Virus record (IMG/VR): IMGVR_UViG_3300017963_000188 | Location: 1 to 64,000 of that record | DNA: 64,000 nt | Strand: one strand, 5' to 3' | Part shown: positions 56,509 through 64,000 of the stretch, one piece after another | How positions within the stretch are numbered: position 1 is the stretch's first letter | Layout of the letters: every line of letters begins with the position of its first letter | Position numbers and translations under genes: made by a program | The notes under the pieces: generated by a model | The model's input: only the letters and a program-made list of their open reading frames with translations | Database searches by the model: none | Told to the model about the DNA's origin: nothing

Positions 56509-56547
56509 TCTCAACAGATCCAGTATATATTACTGAAGGTGGTTGAG

Positions 56548-56814
56548 ATGAAATGTTTGAGATGTGGATACTGCTGTACCAAATATGCTGTCATAATTGT
56601 AGATGATCCTGAGAAAGGTCCAGTAGAAGATAATCTCAAACCTCATCTTGGGGATGGTCCTTGCCAACATCTTGAAGGGGAAAAGCCAGGGAAGTATCAT
56701 TGCAGGATACATCATTACCCGTGGTACAAAGAGACTCCCTGTTTTGAACATACTCAAATTGGTAAGGATGATGAACCTTGTCGTATCGGCCAATGGGTAT
56801 TAAGTCGTCCCTAG
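56548..56814 (+). CDS. YkgJ-like CxxCxxCC Fe-S/Zn cluster protein
   Basis: CLRCGYCC..CQHL..CRIH..PC..C. Confidence 0.7.
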   Translation: MKCLRCGYCCTKYAVIIVDDPEKGPVEDNLKPHLGDGPCQHLEGEKPGKYHCRIHHYPWYKETPCFEHTQIGKDDEPCRIGQWVLSRP

Positions 56815-56899
56815 CTAATCTGATCTATATGTTCTTGCCATATCAAGACCTCCTGTCTATAATACTAATTGTTTTGTTTTTTCTATATCTTGAGGATTA

Positions 56900-57283
56900 G
56901 TGATGAGAATAGATATAGCAAAAGTGTTTATTTTGTTTGGGGTGGATATCCGGGTCGAAATGAGCCGGTGCAAATCCTTCCCTGAAGCTGTGAAGATGCT
57001 TGAAAATTGTAAAAAGAAAGCCAAGGTTGGCTATAAGAAACTTGCCTTTGAGCATCATCCTGACCGAGGTGGTGACGAAGATAAGATAAAAGAACTGAAT
57101 GCACTATTTGATTTAATAGAGAAGATTCAGGTACAACCTCCACGACCAAGACCAATTGTCATTCATTTTGGTAATTTTGGTGGATGGTCAAGTTCATCTA
57201 CTACCACAACATCTACATTCACTGGTGGTGGTACAAATATCCACTATACAAACTCTGGGACAGGAACTACTGGTGGTTTTTAA
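56900..57283 (+). CDS. J-domain (DnaJ-like) protein
   Basis: KVGYKKLAFEHHPDRGGDEDKIKELN (HPD motif); S/T/G-rich tail. Confidence 0.88.
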   Translation: MMRIDIAKVFILFGVDIRVEMSRCKSFPEAVKMLENCKKKAKVGYKKLAFEHHPDRGGDEDKIKELNALFDLIEKIQVQPPRPRPIVIHFGNFGGWSSSSTTTTSTFTGGGTNIHYTNSGTGTTGGF

Positions 57284-57285
57284 TA

Positions 57286-57753
57286 ATGGTTTATTTTTAT
57301 TATGAAAAGGAAGATAGAGGTCAAGACTTCAAAGGTCTAGATCAAGATTATTTTGATGATGATGACAAGAAGATGGAAGTAGGCCCAATGGTGGAGCCAT
57401 CATCAGAATTTGATCTCAATGAAATCATCAATGACCTACCACCTCTATATTTTTGGAGATCAGGGAGAATTGCTATGAAACCGGAAGAATTGTTAATCTG
57501 GGCAAAAGGATTTGATGCAACTATTAAGATGGGTCCCTCTCCTCGTTCTGATGCTGATTTTTTCATGGACTTCAGAGAAGGTGAGGAAGAGTTGGGTGCT
57601 ATCGTAAGTCAAATAAAAGATAAGGCTAAAAGAGAAGGGTATCGACTAGTCGATTCCTATTCCTCTAAATCTCTAGGTCTTAACCGAGTGGTGTTAGTGT
57701 ATCGAGATGAAAGAAGAGAACGGGCAGCAGTCCAAGAAGTTCTCAATAAGTAA
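57286..57753 (+). CDS. hypothetical protein
   Basis: probable start MVYFY immediately after the J-domain gene. Confidence 0.6.
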   Translation: MVYFYYEKEDRGQDFKGLDQDYFDDDDKKMEVGPMVEPSSEFDLNEIINDLPPLYFWRSGRIAMKPEELLIWAKGFDATIKMGPSPRSDADFFMDFREGEEELGAIVSQIKDKAKREGYRLVDSYSSKSLGLNRVVLVYRDERRERAAVQEVLNK

Positions 57754-57796
57754 TTTATATATCTAAAAGTATAGAACTTAACCTTTGGAGGATAAA

Positions 57797-58054
57797 ATGG
57801 TTTCCAACGAATTAAGGAAGATTGCAGAGAATATGACCAAAGAAGCAGTGAGCTGGACTAAAGGGCATTTCCAAGCCGTGGCTGATATTATAGAAAAAGT
57901 AGAAGCTACTAAAACAGTGAAGTCTGCTTTGGCTTTGATGTTTGTAAGTTACTTTGAAGCTTCAAATAAGAGCTTCAGACCTGAACAGTTTATTCGAGCC
58001 TGTGGTCTCCCTGTCTCAATTCTAAAAGACAAGGGAGAAGCTGTAGAAGAATAA
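57797..58054 (+). CDS. protein with an ELRKIAENMTKEA leader
   Basis: GGAGG RBS. Confidence 0.7.
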   Translation: MVSNELRKIAENMTKEAVSWTKGHFQAVADIIEKVEATKTVKSALALMFVSYFEASNKSFRPEQFIRACGLPVSILKDKGEAVEE

Positions 58055-58123
58055 TCCTAGATTTCTTCGCTAGACAATTTTTGTTTTATCCCTGCCTATA
58101 TTAGTAGGTAGGAGGATACATCT

Positions 58124-58777
58124 ATGCTTGAAACGATCATAATTTTGCTTGTGCTTATAGTATTGATTCTAGGATCAATAGCAACGTTATGGTACCTTAC
58201 ATATCGAGCCAGTAAAAATCTAGAAGACCCTGAACATGACTTGGATGAGTTGGGAGCCCTTACCGAAACTCTGTATAAGACTCAGCAAGATTTCCTAAAG
58301 AAAGAAGCATTATATGAGGAAAGGTATCGTACCGTAATAACACTTATCCCTCATATATTTTATGTCTTAGATACTGATGGAAATTTCACATTTTGTCGTA
58401 ATGCAGAAGAGTTACAATGGAGTTGTAAGGAGTTGCAAGGTAAACATTTTAGTGTTTTATTTCATCCAGATTGTCTTGATAATATTAGCTTGACCCATCT
58501 ATTGAAAAAGTTAAAAGACCCAGATTATCGAGAGAAGTTGATACAGAGTGGGAATCCTCCTGGTCTCGCTGATGAGCGTAGATCAGGGAAGAGAATGACC
58601 AGACGAGAACCTGTGACCCTAATCTGTAAAGATTGGAACGGAGAACCTGATAAAGTTGTCAATGGACGTATCACAGTCTCTGGACTCTTATCTTCTGCTG
58701 GTTTTTATGATCAACCTGTACGGTCTGAAGAAAAGGAATTTCTGGGTTCTATGGGCATTATAGAGTTGGAGAAATAG
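58124..58777 (+). CDS. membrane-anchored PAS-domain protein
   Basis: N-terminal TM, coiled coil, YRTVITLIPHIFYVLDTDGNFTF..ELQGKHFSVLFHPD; no kinase domain. Confidence 0.75.
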   Translation: MLETIIILLVLIVLILGSIATLWYLTYRASKNLEDPEHDLDELGALTETLYKTQQDFLKKEALYEERYRTVITLIPHIFYVLDTDGNFTFCRNAEELQWSCKELQGKHFSVLFHPDCLDNISLTHLLKKLKDPDYREKLIQSGNPPGLADERRSGKRMTRREPVTLICKDWNGEPDKVVNGRITVSGLLSSAGFYDQPVRSEEKEFLGSMGIIELEK

Positions 58778-58778
58778 C

Positions 58779-59033
58779 ATGCCAAATGGAACTCCTCCTA
58801 ATCTGGGAACACCAACTGAAAATGATTGGCCTAAATGGTCTATGTATGTTTTAGAGGAATTGAAACGACAGAACACATGCATGGAAGCTATAAAGAAACG
58901 ACAGAATGACCACAGTGTTGATCTAGCCATGCTCAAGGTGAGAGCCAGCGTGTGGGGACTTCTTGGGGGTGCTATCCCAGCAGCTCTGATGTTAATTTAT
59001 TGGCTTCTTAAAGGAGTTGTTGGGGGTCAGTAG
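58779..59033 (+). CDS. small coiled-coil plus C-terminal TM protein (XhlA/holin-like)
   Basis: DLAMLKVRASVWGLLGGAIPAALMLIYWLL. Confidence 0.45.
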   Translation: MPNGTPPNLGTPTENDWPKWSMYVLEELKRQNTCMEAIKKRQNDHSVDLAMLKVRASVWGLLGGAIPAALMLIYWLLKGVVGGQ

Positions 59034-59319
59034 AGCAGATGTCTATCCATTGTTCAACTTCTTCCCCACCATGAATCATCTCGATCTTTTTTAGAGAATG
59101 TTCCCATCTTTCAGAGCCATTTCCAAGAGTATTTAAAGTCCAAGGCTTGTAATCTTTCAATCCTGCCTCTACTTTCTTTTCAGCGTCACGTCTCCCCAGC
59201 TCTTCAAAACAGACTTCAAATGCTTCTTCTTTAGTGAGATTGACATGAGTGAAATTGTCTACCACATCACTGAATCGAGCCAGCAGACCATTTGGTTGTA
59301 GGATCATTCTCCAAGCCAT
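59008..59319 (-). CDS. conserved hypothetical protein
   Basis: QPNGLLARFSDVVDNFTH; AGGAGGT RBS and GTATAG upstream. Confidence 0.75.
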   Translation of the reverse strand: MAWRMILQPNGLLARFSDVVDNFTHVNLTKEEAFEVCFEELGRRDAEKKVEAGLKDYKPWTLNTLGNGSERWEHSLKKIEMIHGGEEVEQWIDICSTDPQQLL

Positions 59320-59377
59320 TTGTCACCTCCTAACTACTATACTCTGTTTATATTTTTTATTCTAGAGTGAGGTATTC

Positions 59378-59563
59378 ATGAATGATTTAGAGAATATCAA
59401 AGAATCTCTTATTGAGATTAAAGAAAAAGCTGGTGAGGCACAGGATCGACATCTTCGTGGGATGGATGTGCTTTCACTGCTATCAGAAATATATAGAGAA
59501 GCAACTGGAAGTCTAGAAAGAATACGGGAGATAGAAAATGAAGAAGCAAGCAGGAACATATGA
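59378..59563 (+). CDS. hypothetical coiled-coil protein
   Basis: GAGGT RBS. Confidence 0.55.
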   Translation: MNDLENIKESLIEIKEKAGEAQDRHLRGMDVLSLLSEIYREATGSLERIREIENEEASRNI

Positions 59564-59795
59564 ACCTAGCCATTTCAAAGGTCAAGGTTGGTACTTGACA
59601 TTTTGTGATGAACTCATAGGTGGACCATATGCAGACTGGTCTGATGTAACTACTGAGATGATTAATCAATGTGATTGGGGTGTGTTAGGTCGTGTGTATC
59701 TTGACAAACATGGTAAAGTCATGGACAAGGCACCAGATGTGATGTCTACAGCAGCTTCAGGTCTGAGGGAATTAGCACAGTACCTCAAAGATTGA
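59538..59795 (+). CDS. hypothetical protein (MKKQA leader)
   Basis: ORF in operon. Confidence 0.55.
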   Translation: MKKQAGTYEPSHFKGQGWYLTFCDELIGGPYADWSDVTTEMINQCDWGVLGRVYLDKHGKVMDKAPDVMSTAASGLRELAQYLKD

Positions 59796-60042
59796 GATCC
59801 TTTAACATCTCTTGTTGTAACACATCCACCTCATGTTCTGCTTGTTCTATAGCTCTATAAATATTGGAAATGTATGTTGAGTGCTGATCAGAATCTTCTA
59901 GACTATTCTCTAGAATTTCCATGACTTGTCTGATGTCACCAATTCTTTCTTTGAGATACGGGAAACCCTCTTTGGCTACAGCAACCAACTCCTGCCGTAA
60001 TATCTTGGCAGAAATAATACGAAGCTGATCTGAATCTTTCAT
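59785..60042 (-). CDS. hypothetical protein
   Basis: AGGAGG RBS. Confidence 0.65.
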   Translation of the reverse strand: MKDSDQLRIISAKILRQELVAVAKEGFPYLKERIGDIRQVMEILENSLEDSDQHSTYISNIYRAIEQAEHEVDVLQQEMLKDLNL

Positions 60043-60100
60043 TATAACCTCCTCTATATACTATACCAGGATCTTTAAATATATAAAGGAGATTTTAGGA

Positions 60101-61117
60101 TTACTTACACATCCAGTCGTAGAAGATCTCATCTCCATCTGAGTCGAAACTCTTTCTTTGATCCTGATCATACTTCTCCTTCGATTCTTTGCACTTCTGG
60201 AGAGCCTTTTCGATCTTCTTAATCCTCTTCTTGGCCCATCCATCTTCCTGCAACATCTTGAGCAATTCCCTGTGCTGATGATCATACTGATACCGACGAT
60301 CAGACAGTTCTAGAGTGGTGAGGATTCGGCACATATCATATGCTCTCTTTTTCCCCTTCTTCTTATACTGAACACGAGCCTTAACAATTCTGAGATGAAT
60401 CCGTACCAAATCCTTCATGGGGAACCGATATGGTTCAGACATGGGTAGAGAAATGTCATGATGCATGTTCTGCTTCTTAAACCACTTCTTCACCACATCT
60501 TCATCCTGTTGGAATCTGATGTAGACAGCTTCAGCAATCTTGTTCAACAGATAAGCCTTACCATAAATATCCTCAGAGGTGAACATAGCAAAACATTCAC
60601 CCTGGATTCTTGCTACAAGATCACTGAGTCCTGAAAGGTTCTTTGCAAATTGATCTTTGTACCTTCTCAGGTAGTAGATCAACTGCTCAATCCACCCATA
60701 GATGTCATAAACCTTATTGTGTGGTGCTGGGAGCAGACCTCCAATACTCAAGAACCCATCAAACGGATCAAATTCTTTATCCCTATCTGGGTCGAAAAAG
60801 TCATCACCATCTCGACTGAGTTCACGAGCCCCAGCTTCAATGTGAGATTTGATAGCAACACCCCAAGGAGTATTGGTTTCCCATGACACCGTATTTGAAG
60901 CACTGGACCCCATGATCCAATGCATGCCATTTGACTCTGAGCCAACAGCAGCAGGCCATAGCCTCTTGATGAGACGGCACAGTTCTTCATAGTCATGAAA
61001 TCCATAAGACCTAGACTGTTGTTCCTCAAGTTCCTTCCCGAGCTTTGTGATAGCACGGATGGAATAACAGATGCCTTCGATTCTTTCTTCGTCACTGAGT
61101 CCCATAATGTCCTCCAC
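60101..61117 (-). CDS. hypothetical protein
   Basis: 338-aa ORF with GGAGG RBS. Confidence 0.75.
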   Translation of the reverse strand: MEDIMGLSDEERIEGICYSIRAITKLGKELEEQQSRSYGFHDYEELCRLIKRLWPAAVGSESNGMHWIMGSSASNTVSWETNTPWGVAIKSHIEAGARELSRDGDDFFDPDRDKEFDPFDGFLSIGGLLPAPHNKVYDIYGWIEQLIYYLRRYKDQFAKNLSGLSDLVARIQGECFAMFTSEDIYGKAYLLNKIAEAVYIRFQQDEDVVKKWFKKQNMHHDISLPMSEPYRFPMKDLVRIHLRIVKARVQYKKKGKKRAYDMCRILTTLELSDRRYQYDHQHRELLKMLQEDGWAKKRIKKIEKALQKCKESKEKYDQDQRKSFDSDGDEIFYDWMCK

Positions 61118-61352
61118 CCTTCAAATATTCCAGGAGATCCACAAGACCTCCAAAGTCGATAAACTCTGCCAATCGATCTAGAAGGATTGTATCAAAACTC
61201 AAAATTGCACATAGTATCATCACCGCAAGTATTGTCCCCACTACAGGTGGGAAAGCTATGATAAAATACTCAAGCAGTTTTTGTTCCCAAGGCAACTGTT
61301 TGAACTGTTCCTTTAGGTTTTCTTCAGTGATTCGTCTGAATGATTCATTCAT
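61092..61352 (-). CDS. small membrane protein
   Basis: single TM segment. Confidence 0.6.
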   Translation of the reverse strand: MNESFRRITEENLKEQFKQLPWEQKLLEYFIIAFPPVVGTILAVMILCAILSFDTILLDRLAEFIDFGGLVDLLEYLKGGGHYGTQ

Positions 61353-61735
61353 CTTCTACTTACCTCAACAGTCACCTCAATTTCATGGTCAAGATAACCC
61401 ATCTGTTTGGCTTCTAACAATACACACCGAGCACAACCCCTATCAGTATTCATCAGGTTGTCATCACTGCATGAGGTACGGTCATGGTTTGGTGTGAGAG
61501 CCAGAAGAGAATCAATGTGTGAGATCACAAGTTCAGCTCTCATGATTTTCATTTGAGTTCTGACTTCATTAATCTGATCATCAATCTGTCGGATCTGTGC
61601 TTCTAATTCACCTTTATCTTTGTTCAGTGGTTCTTTCTGACCTTGCAACTCTTGCAATTTTTGTTGCAGATCTTCAGTGGTAGGCTTTTCAGGATCTTTT
61701 CTTTTTACCACCATCTTTTTTTGTCTGGGCATCAT
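61349..61735 (-). CDS. coiled-coil protein with a Cys/His tail
   Basis: AGGAG RBS before MMPRQ. Confidence 0.7.
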   Translation of the reverse strand: MMPRQKKMVVKRKDPEKPTTEDLQQKLQELQGQKEPLNKDKGELEAQIRQIDDQINEVRTQMKIMRAELVISHIDSLLALTPNHDRTSCSDDNLMNTDRGCARCVLLEAKQMGYLDHEIEVTVEVSRR

Positions 61736-62013
61736 ACACTCCTTTTTTTTCTTTCTCGTCTGCCCTTCTTTGCTTCTCTCATGGTCTTGAATGGTCCTAT
61801 GGTGTCTCCTCCAAACAAACCTCCAAGAGGAGATACACGGATTGATGCACATGCCAAACGGAGAGTTTCACAGGGGAGAACTGTTCTCCACCACTCTCTG
61901 CCTTCTTTCCAGATCCAAGTATCTCGACACCGGTATACAGAGGTGCCTACACACTCCCATCTATTAGGAGGTCCACTAAGACCATCAGTGCTCCATTTCT
62001 TTGGTTCTGTCAT
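61732..62013 (-). CDS. hypothetical protein
   Basis: ORF in operon. Confidence 0.6.
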   Translation of the reverse strand: MTEPKKWSTDGLSGPPNRWECVGTSVYRCRDTWIWKEGREWWRTVLPCETLRLACASIRVSPLGGLFGGDTIGPFKTMREAKKGRRERKKRSV

Positions 62014-62324
62014 AACACACAGTCTCCACAGTTGCCTTTACGTTCACAGCTTTCGCAGATCATCCGTCTCACAACCGGAATCTCATGAAGAACCCCTGAT
62101 AAAAGCTCTCTACCACGTTCCAAGTTACGAAACTCCAAAGCATACTTTGTGACCATGCTCATTGCTAGATCAAAAGCTTTTTTCAGCTCTTCATTTTCTT
62201 CATTGACTCGATCTACCTCTCGAAATGCAATGGCCATTTCGTTATGAGTATAAACTCGTTGCACCTTTTGCTTGCAAGCTTTTATGTGGGCTCTCTTGAG
62301 AGTTTCATACTGGTTCATTATCAA
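62010..62324 (-). CDS. hypothetical coiled-coil protein
   Basis: ORF in operon. Confidence 0.6.
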   Translation of the reverse strand: MIMNQYETLKRAHIKACKQKVQRVYTHNEMAIAFREVDRVNEENEELKKAFDLAMSMVTKYALEFRNLERGRELLSGVLHEIPVVRRMICESCERKGNCGDCVL

Positions 62325-62327
62325 TCC

Positions 62328-63581
62328 TTACTTGAGTACATGTTTCTTTGTTGAGAACACACCGTCTTCTGGACCTTTCCAATAGGGCTGTATCCACTTC
62401 CATTTACGAAGAGAAGATTGAGGTCCATAAGCAACCCTTCTCCAGTGACCAGCTACTTTTACTCGTACCATCAAGCTGTTCCCAACACCCGATTCGTCTC
62501 TTTGTTCATCTTCACTACGGTCTACAACAATTCTTTCTCCAAGCAAAAATCTCTTACGGAGATCCATGCCTCGGAGTCTATTTTGAAGGTTCTTACGTTT
62601 CTTGTTGTTCCTGCCTTTTATCTTGTCAATACGCTTCATGAGATTAGCCGCTTCACGATTCATTATGATTTCACGACCTTTTTCTACATTGGTAGCGTAC
62701 AGTATAGCATTCATAGCCCAACGGAATGGGACAGTCCAATACTCAGCCATTTCCCCAAAAGCATTGAAGTTCTTGTTGTCAAGTTTCATCTCAGAATTCA
62801 AAGTCTCAATGATGTCATCAAGACTTTGGCCTGGTACAAGAGAGAGCCTGAAGAATGATAAGGCATCATCTTCTACTTCACCATCACCAATTTTTATTGC
62901 TCCTTTTTTTGAACCTACAAGCATGAACCTCCAGGTACGGCAAGTAGGTAAATCAGGTTCATCAAGACGTTCTATAGGATCATTGTGTCGAAGCGTGTAA
63001 TGATATTTTGGGTCTTCTACAATATAGAACCCTTCAAGGTCATGCCAACCAGATTCTTGATTCCATACCTTGAGGTCTGCATTTTTTGGTACTTCTATAT
63101 ATACAGCAGGGTATGGGAGATGGAGGTCATCTGAAGTAAGACCTCTCAGCTCGGTATCTTTAAGGGACTGAGCTAGACCAGGGCTGACTTGGTAGACACG
63201 TTTACCTGCCATGCCATGGCAGGCAAGGTGGTAAATGAGATTGCTTCTAAAATAAGTCTCCAGCATGGGTGTCTCTGGAATCCCAATAGTTGCAGTGAAG
63301 AGTCTGATGTAAGTCTCTACCCCAGCTTTTTTGGCAGCATCTGAAAAGCAGAATGGGTTAGGCTCCATCATTTCTTTTGCTACCAATGTACCCATGTAAT
63401 GTAAGGTTTTGTTGAAGATACCCAAATCATAAGGCTTTACTTCAAGCATAGCAGCCGCAGCAGCTTGGCTAGAAGCATACTCTCGACCCTCAAACTCTTT
63501 TTTCCATTTCTTGTAGGAGTTCAAGAGACGGCTCTTAACAGAGCTTGGGATAGAGCCCATGATTTTTTCGGGGTGGATCAT
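62328..63581 (-). CDS. conserved phage protein with a C-terminal VxGHW..GP..WIQPYWKGP motif
   Basis: 417 aa; promoter and AGGAGGT upstream. Confidence 0.8.
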   Translation of the reverse strand: MIHPEKIMGSIPSSVKSRLLNSYKKWKKEFEGREYASSQAAAAAMLEVKPYDLGIFNKTLHYMGTLVAKEMMEPNPFCFSDAAKKAGVETYIRLFTATIGIPETPMLETYFRSNLIYHLACHGMAGKRVYQVSPGLAQSLKDTELRGLTSDDLHLPYPAVYIEVPKNADLKVWNQESGWHDLEGFYIVEDPKYHYTLRHNDPIERLDEPDLPTCRTWRFMLVGSKKGAIKIGDGEVEDDALSFFRLSLVPGQSLDDIIETLNSEMKLDNKNFNAFGEMAEYWTVPFRWAMNAILYATNVEKGREIIMNREAANLMKRIDKIKGRNNKKRKNLQNRLRGMDLRKRFLLGERIVVDRSEDEQRDESGVGNSLMVRVKVAGHWRRVAYGPQSSLRKWKWIQPYWKGPEDGVFSTKKHVLK

Positions 63582-63597
63582 TCGTACCTCCTACAAT

Positions 63598-63626
63598 TCT
63601 ATACCGAGAAATTTGATTTTTTTGTA
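63598..63626 (-). promoter_or_regulatory. phage promoter TACAAA-N17-TATAGA
   Basis: same -35 variant as the left promoters of cassettes A-C. Confidence 0.75.
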
Positions 63627-63660
63627 GAAAAAATATATAAATCTGTAATGTCAGTAGGAG

Positions 63661-63912
63661 GTGACTATGTGGGGCAAGCCAGTAGTGAAACAAATAAAGA
63701 CTGAAGGTTGTGAAATTTCAGTCACTTTCATGATCCAACCACATGACCATGACATTGTGATACCAAAAGGTACTGAGCTACAATCCACCCAATATGACAT
63801 GGCCTATGTACTACCTGAAGATATCGTGATACGATGTGAGCCAGAAACTTTACCTTGGTACAAACGTATTTGGTATCACCTCAAAAAGATATGGAGCTGG
63901 ATATGGGACTAG
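63661..63912 (+). CDS. hypothetical protein
   Basis: AGGAGG RBS. Confidence 0.6.
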   Translation: MTMWGKPVVKQIKTEGCEISVTFMIQPHDHDIVIPKGTELQSTQYDMAYVLPEDIVIRCEPETLPWYKRIWYHLKKIWSWIWD

Positions 63913-64000
63913 AGCCTGGTAAAGAACTCAACATAATGATCGCAAAAGAAGTGCTAAAACAAACTCCATGTGATCAATGGTATGTCCAGCATCATTACCC

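Noticed and set aside
1-64000. tRNA or rRNA genes
   Set aside because: No cloverleaf with a T-loop GTTCRA and acceptor stem was recognised; a tRNAscan run would be needed to exclude them fully
1-64000. Alternative genetic code (stop-codon reassignment)
   Set aside because: Known genes (ligase, Thg1, radical SAM) are full length under code 11, and TAA, TAG and TGA all terminate genes

Overview
The window looks like an accessory/early region of a large tailed dsDNA phage; this is inferred, since no capsid, terminase or polymerase gene lies in the window. It is densely packed with about 130 mostly short ORFs in same-strand blocks, with strong AGGAGG ribosome-binding sites and the standard genetic code. 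Recognisable products: T4 Rnl1-type RNA ligase, Thg1 tRNA-His guanylyltransferase, pyrimidine-dimer DNA glycosylase, a radical SAM protein, three SAM methyltransferases, YopX, a Bro-N/KilA-C antirepressor plus two Bro-like proteins, an NDT-like/metallophosphoesterase fusion, and ParB-N, J-domain, PAS and DUF6527 proteins. A conserved promoter T(T/A)(T/C)AAA-N17-TATA(G/T)A recurs at least 15 times. The most unusual signals are five. (1) A promoter-driven 46-codon fragment resembling the N-terminus of a type V-M (Cas12m/V-U1) effector, fused to a partial repeat, a 36-nt spacer and a full 36-nt hairpin repeat (15178-15383). (2) Three ~200-bp non-coding cassettes, each between convergent promoters and sharing a structured GC-rich core; one core is inverted relative to its promoter pair. 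(3) A family of more than 15 otherwise unrelated acidic proteins sharing basic MYRY..R(K/R)VRA leaders or LR(K/R)(I/L)A..KxA linkers, suggesting protease-processed virion cargo polyproteins. (4) GGGGGGATC palindromes and two operator-like repeat families. (5) A candidate rod-like small RNA at 18890-18981. All family assignments are by eye and from memory; no searches were run.
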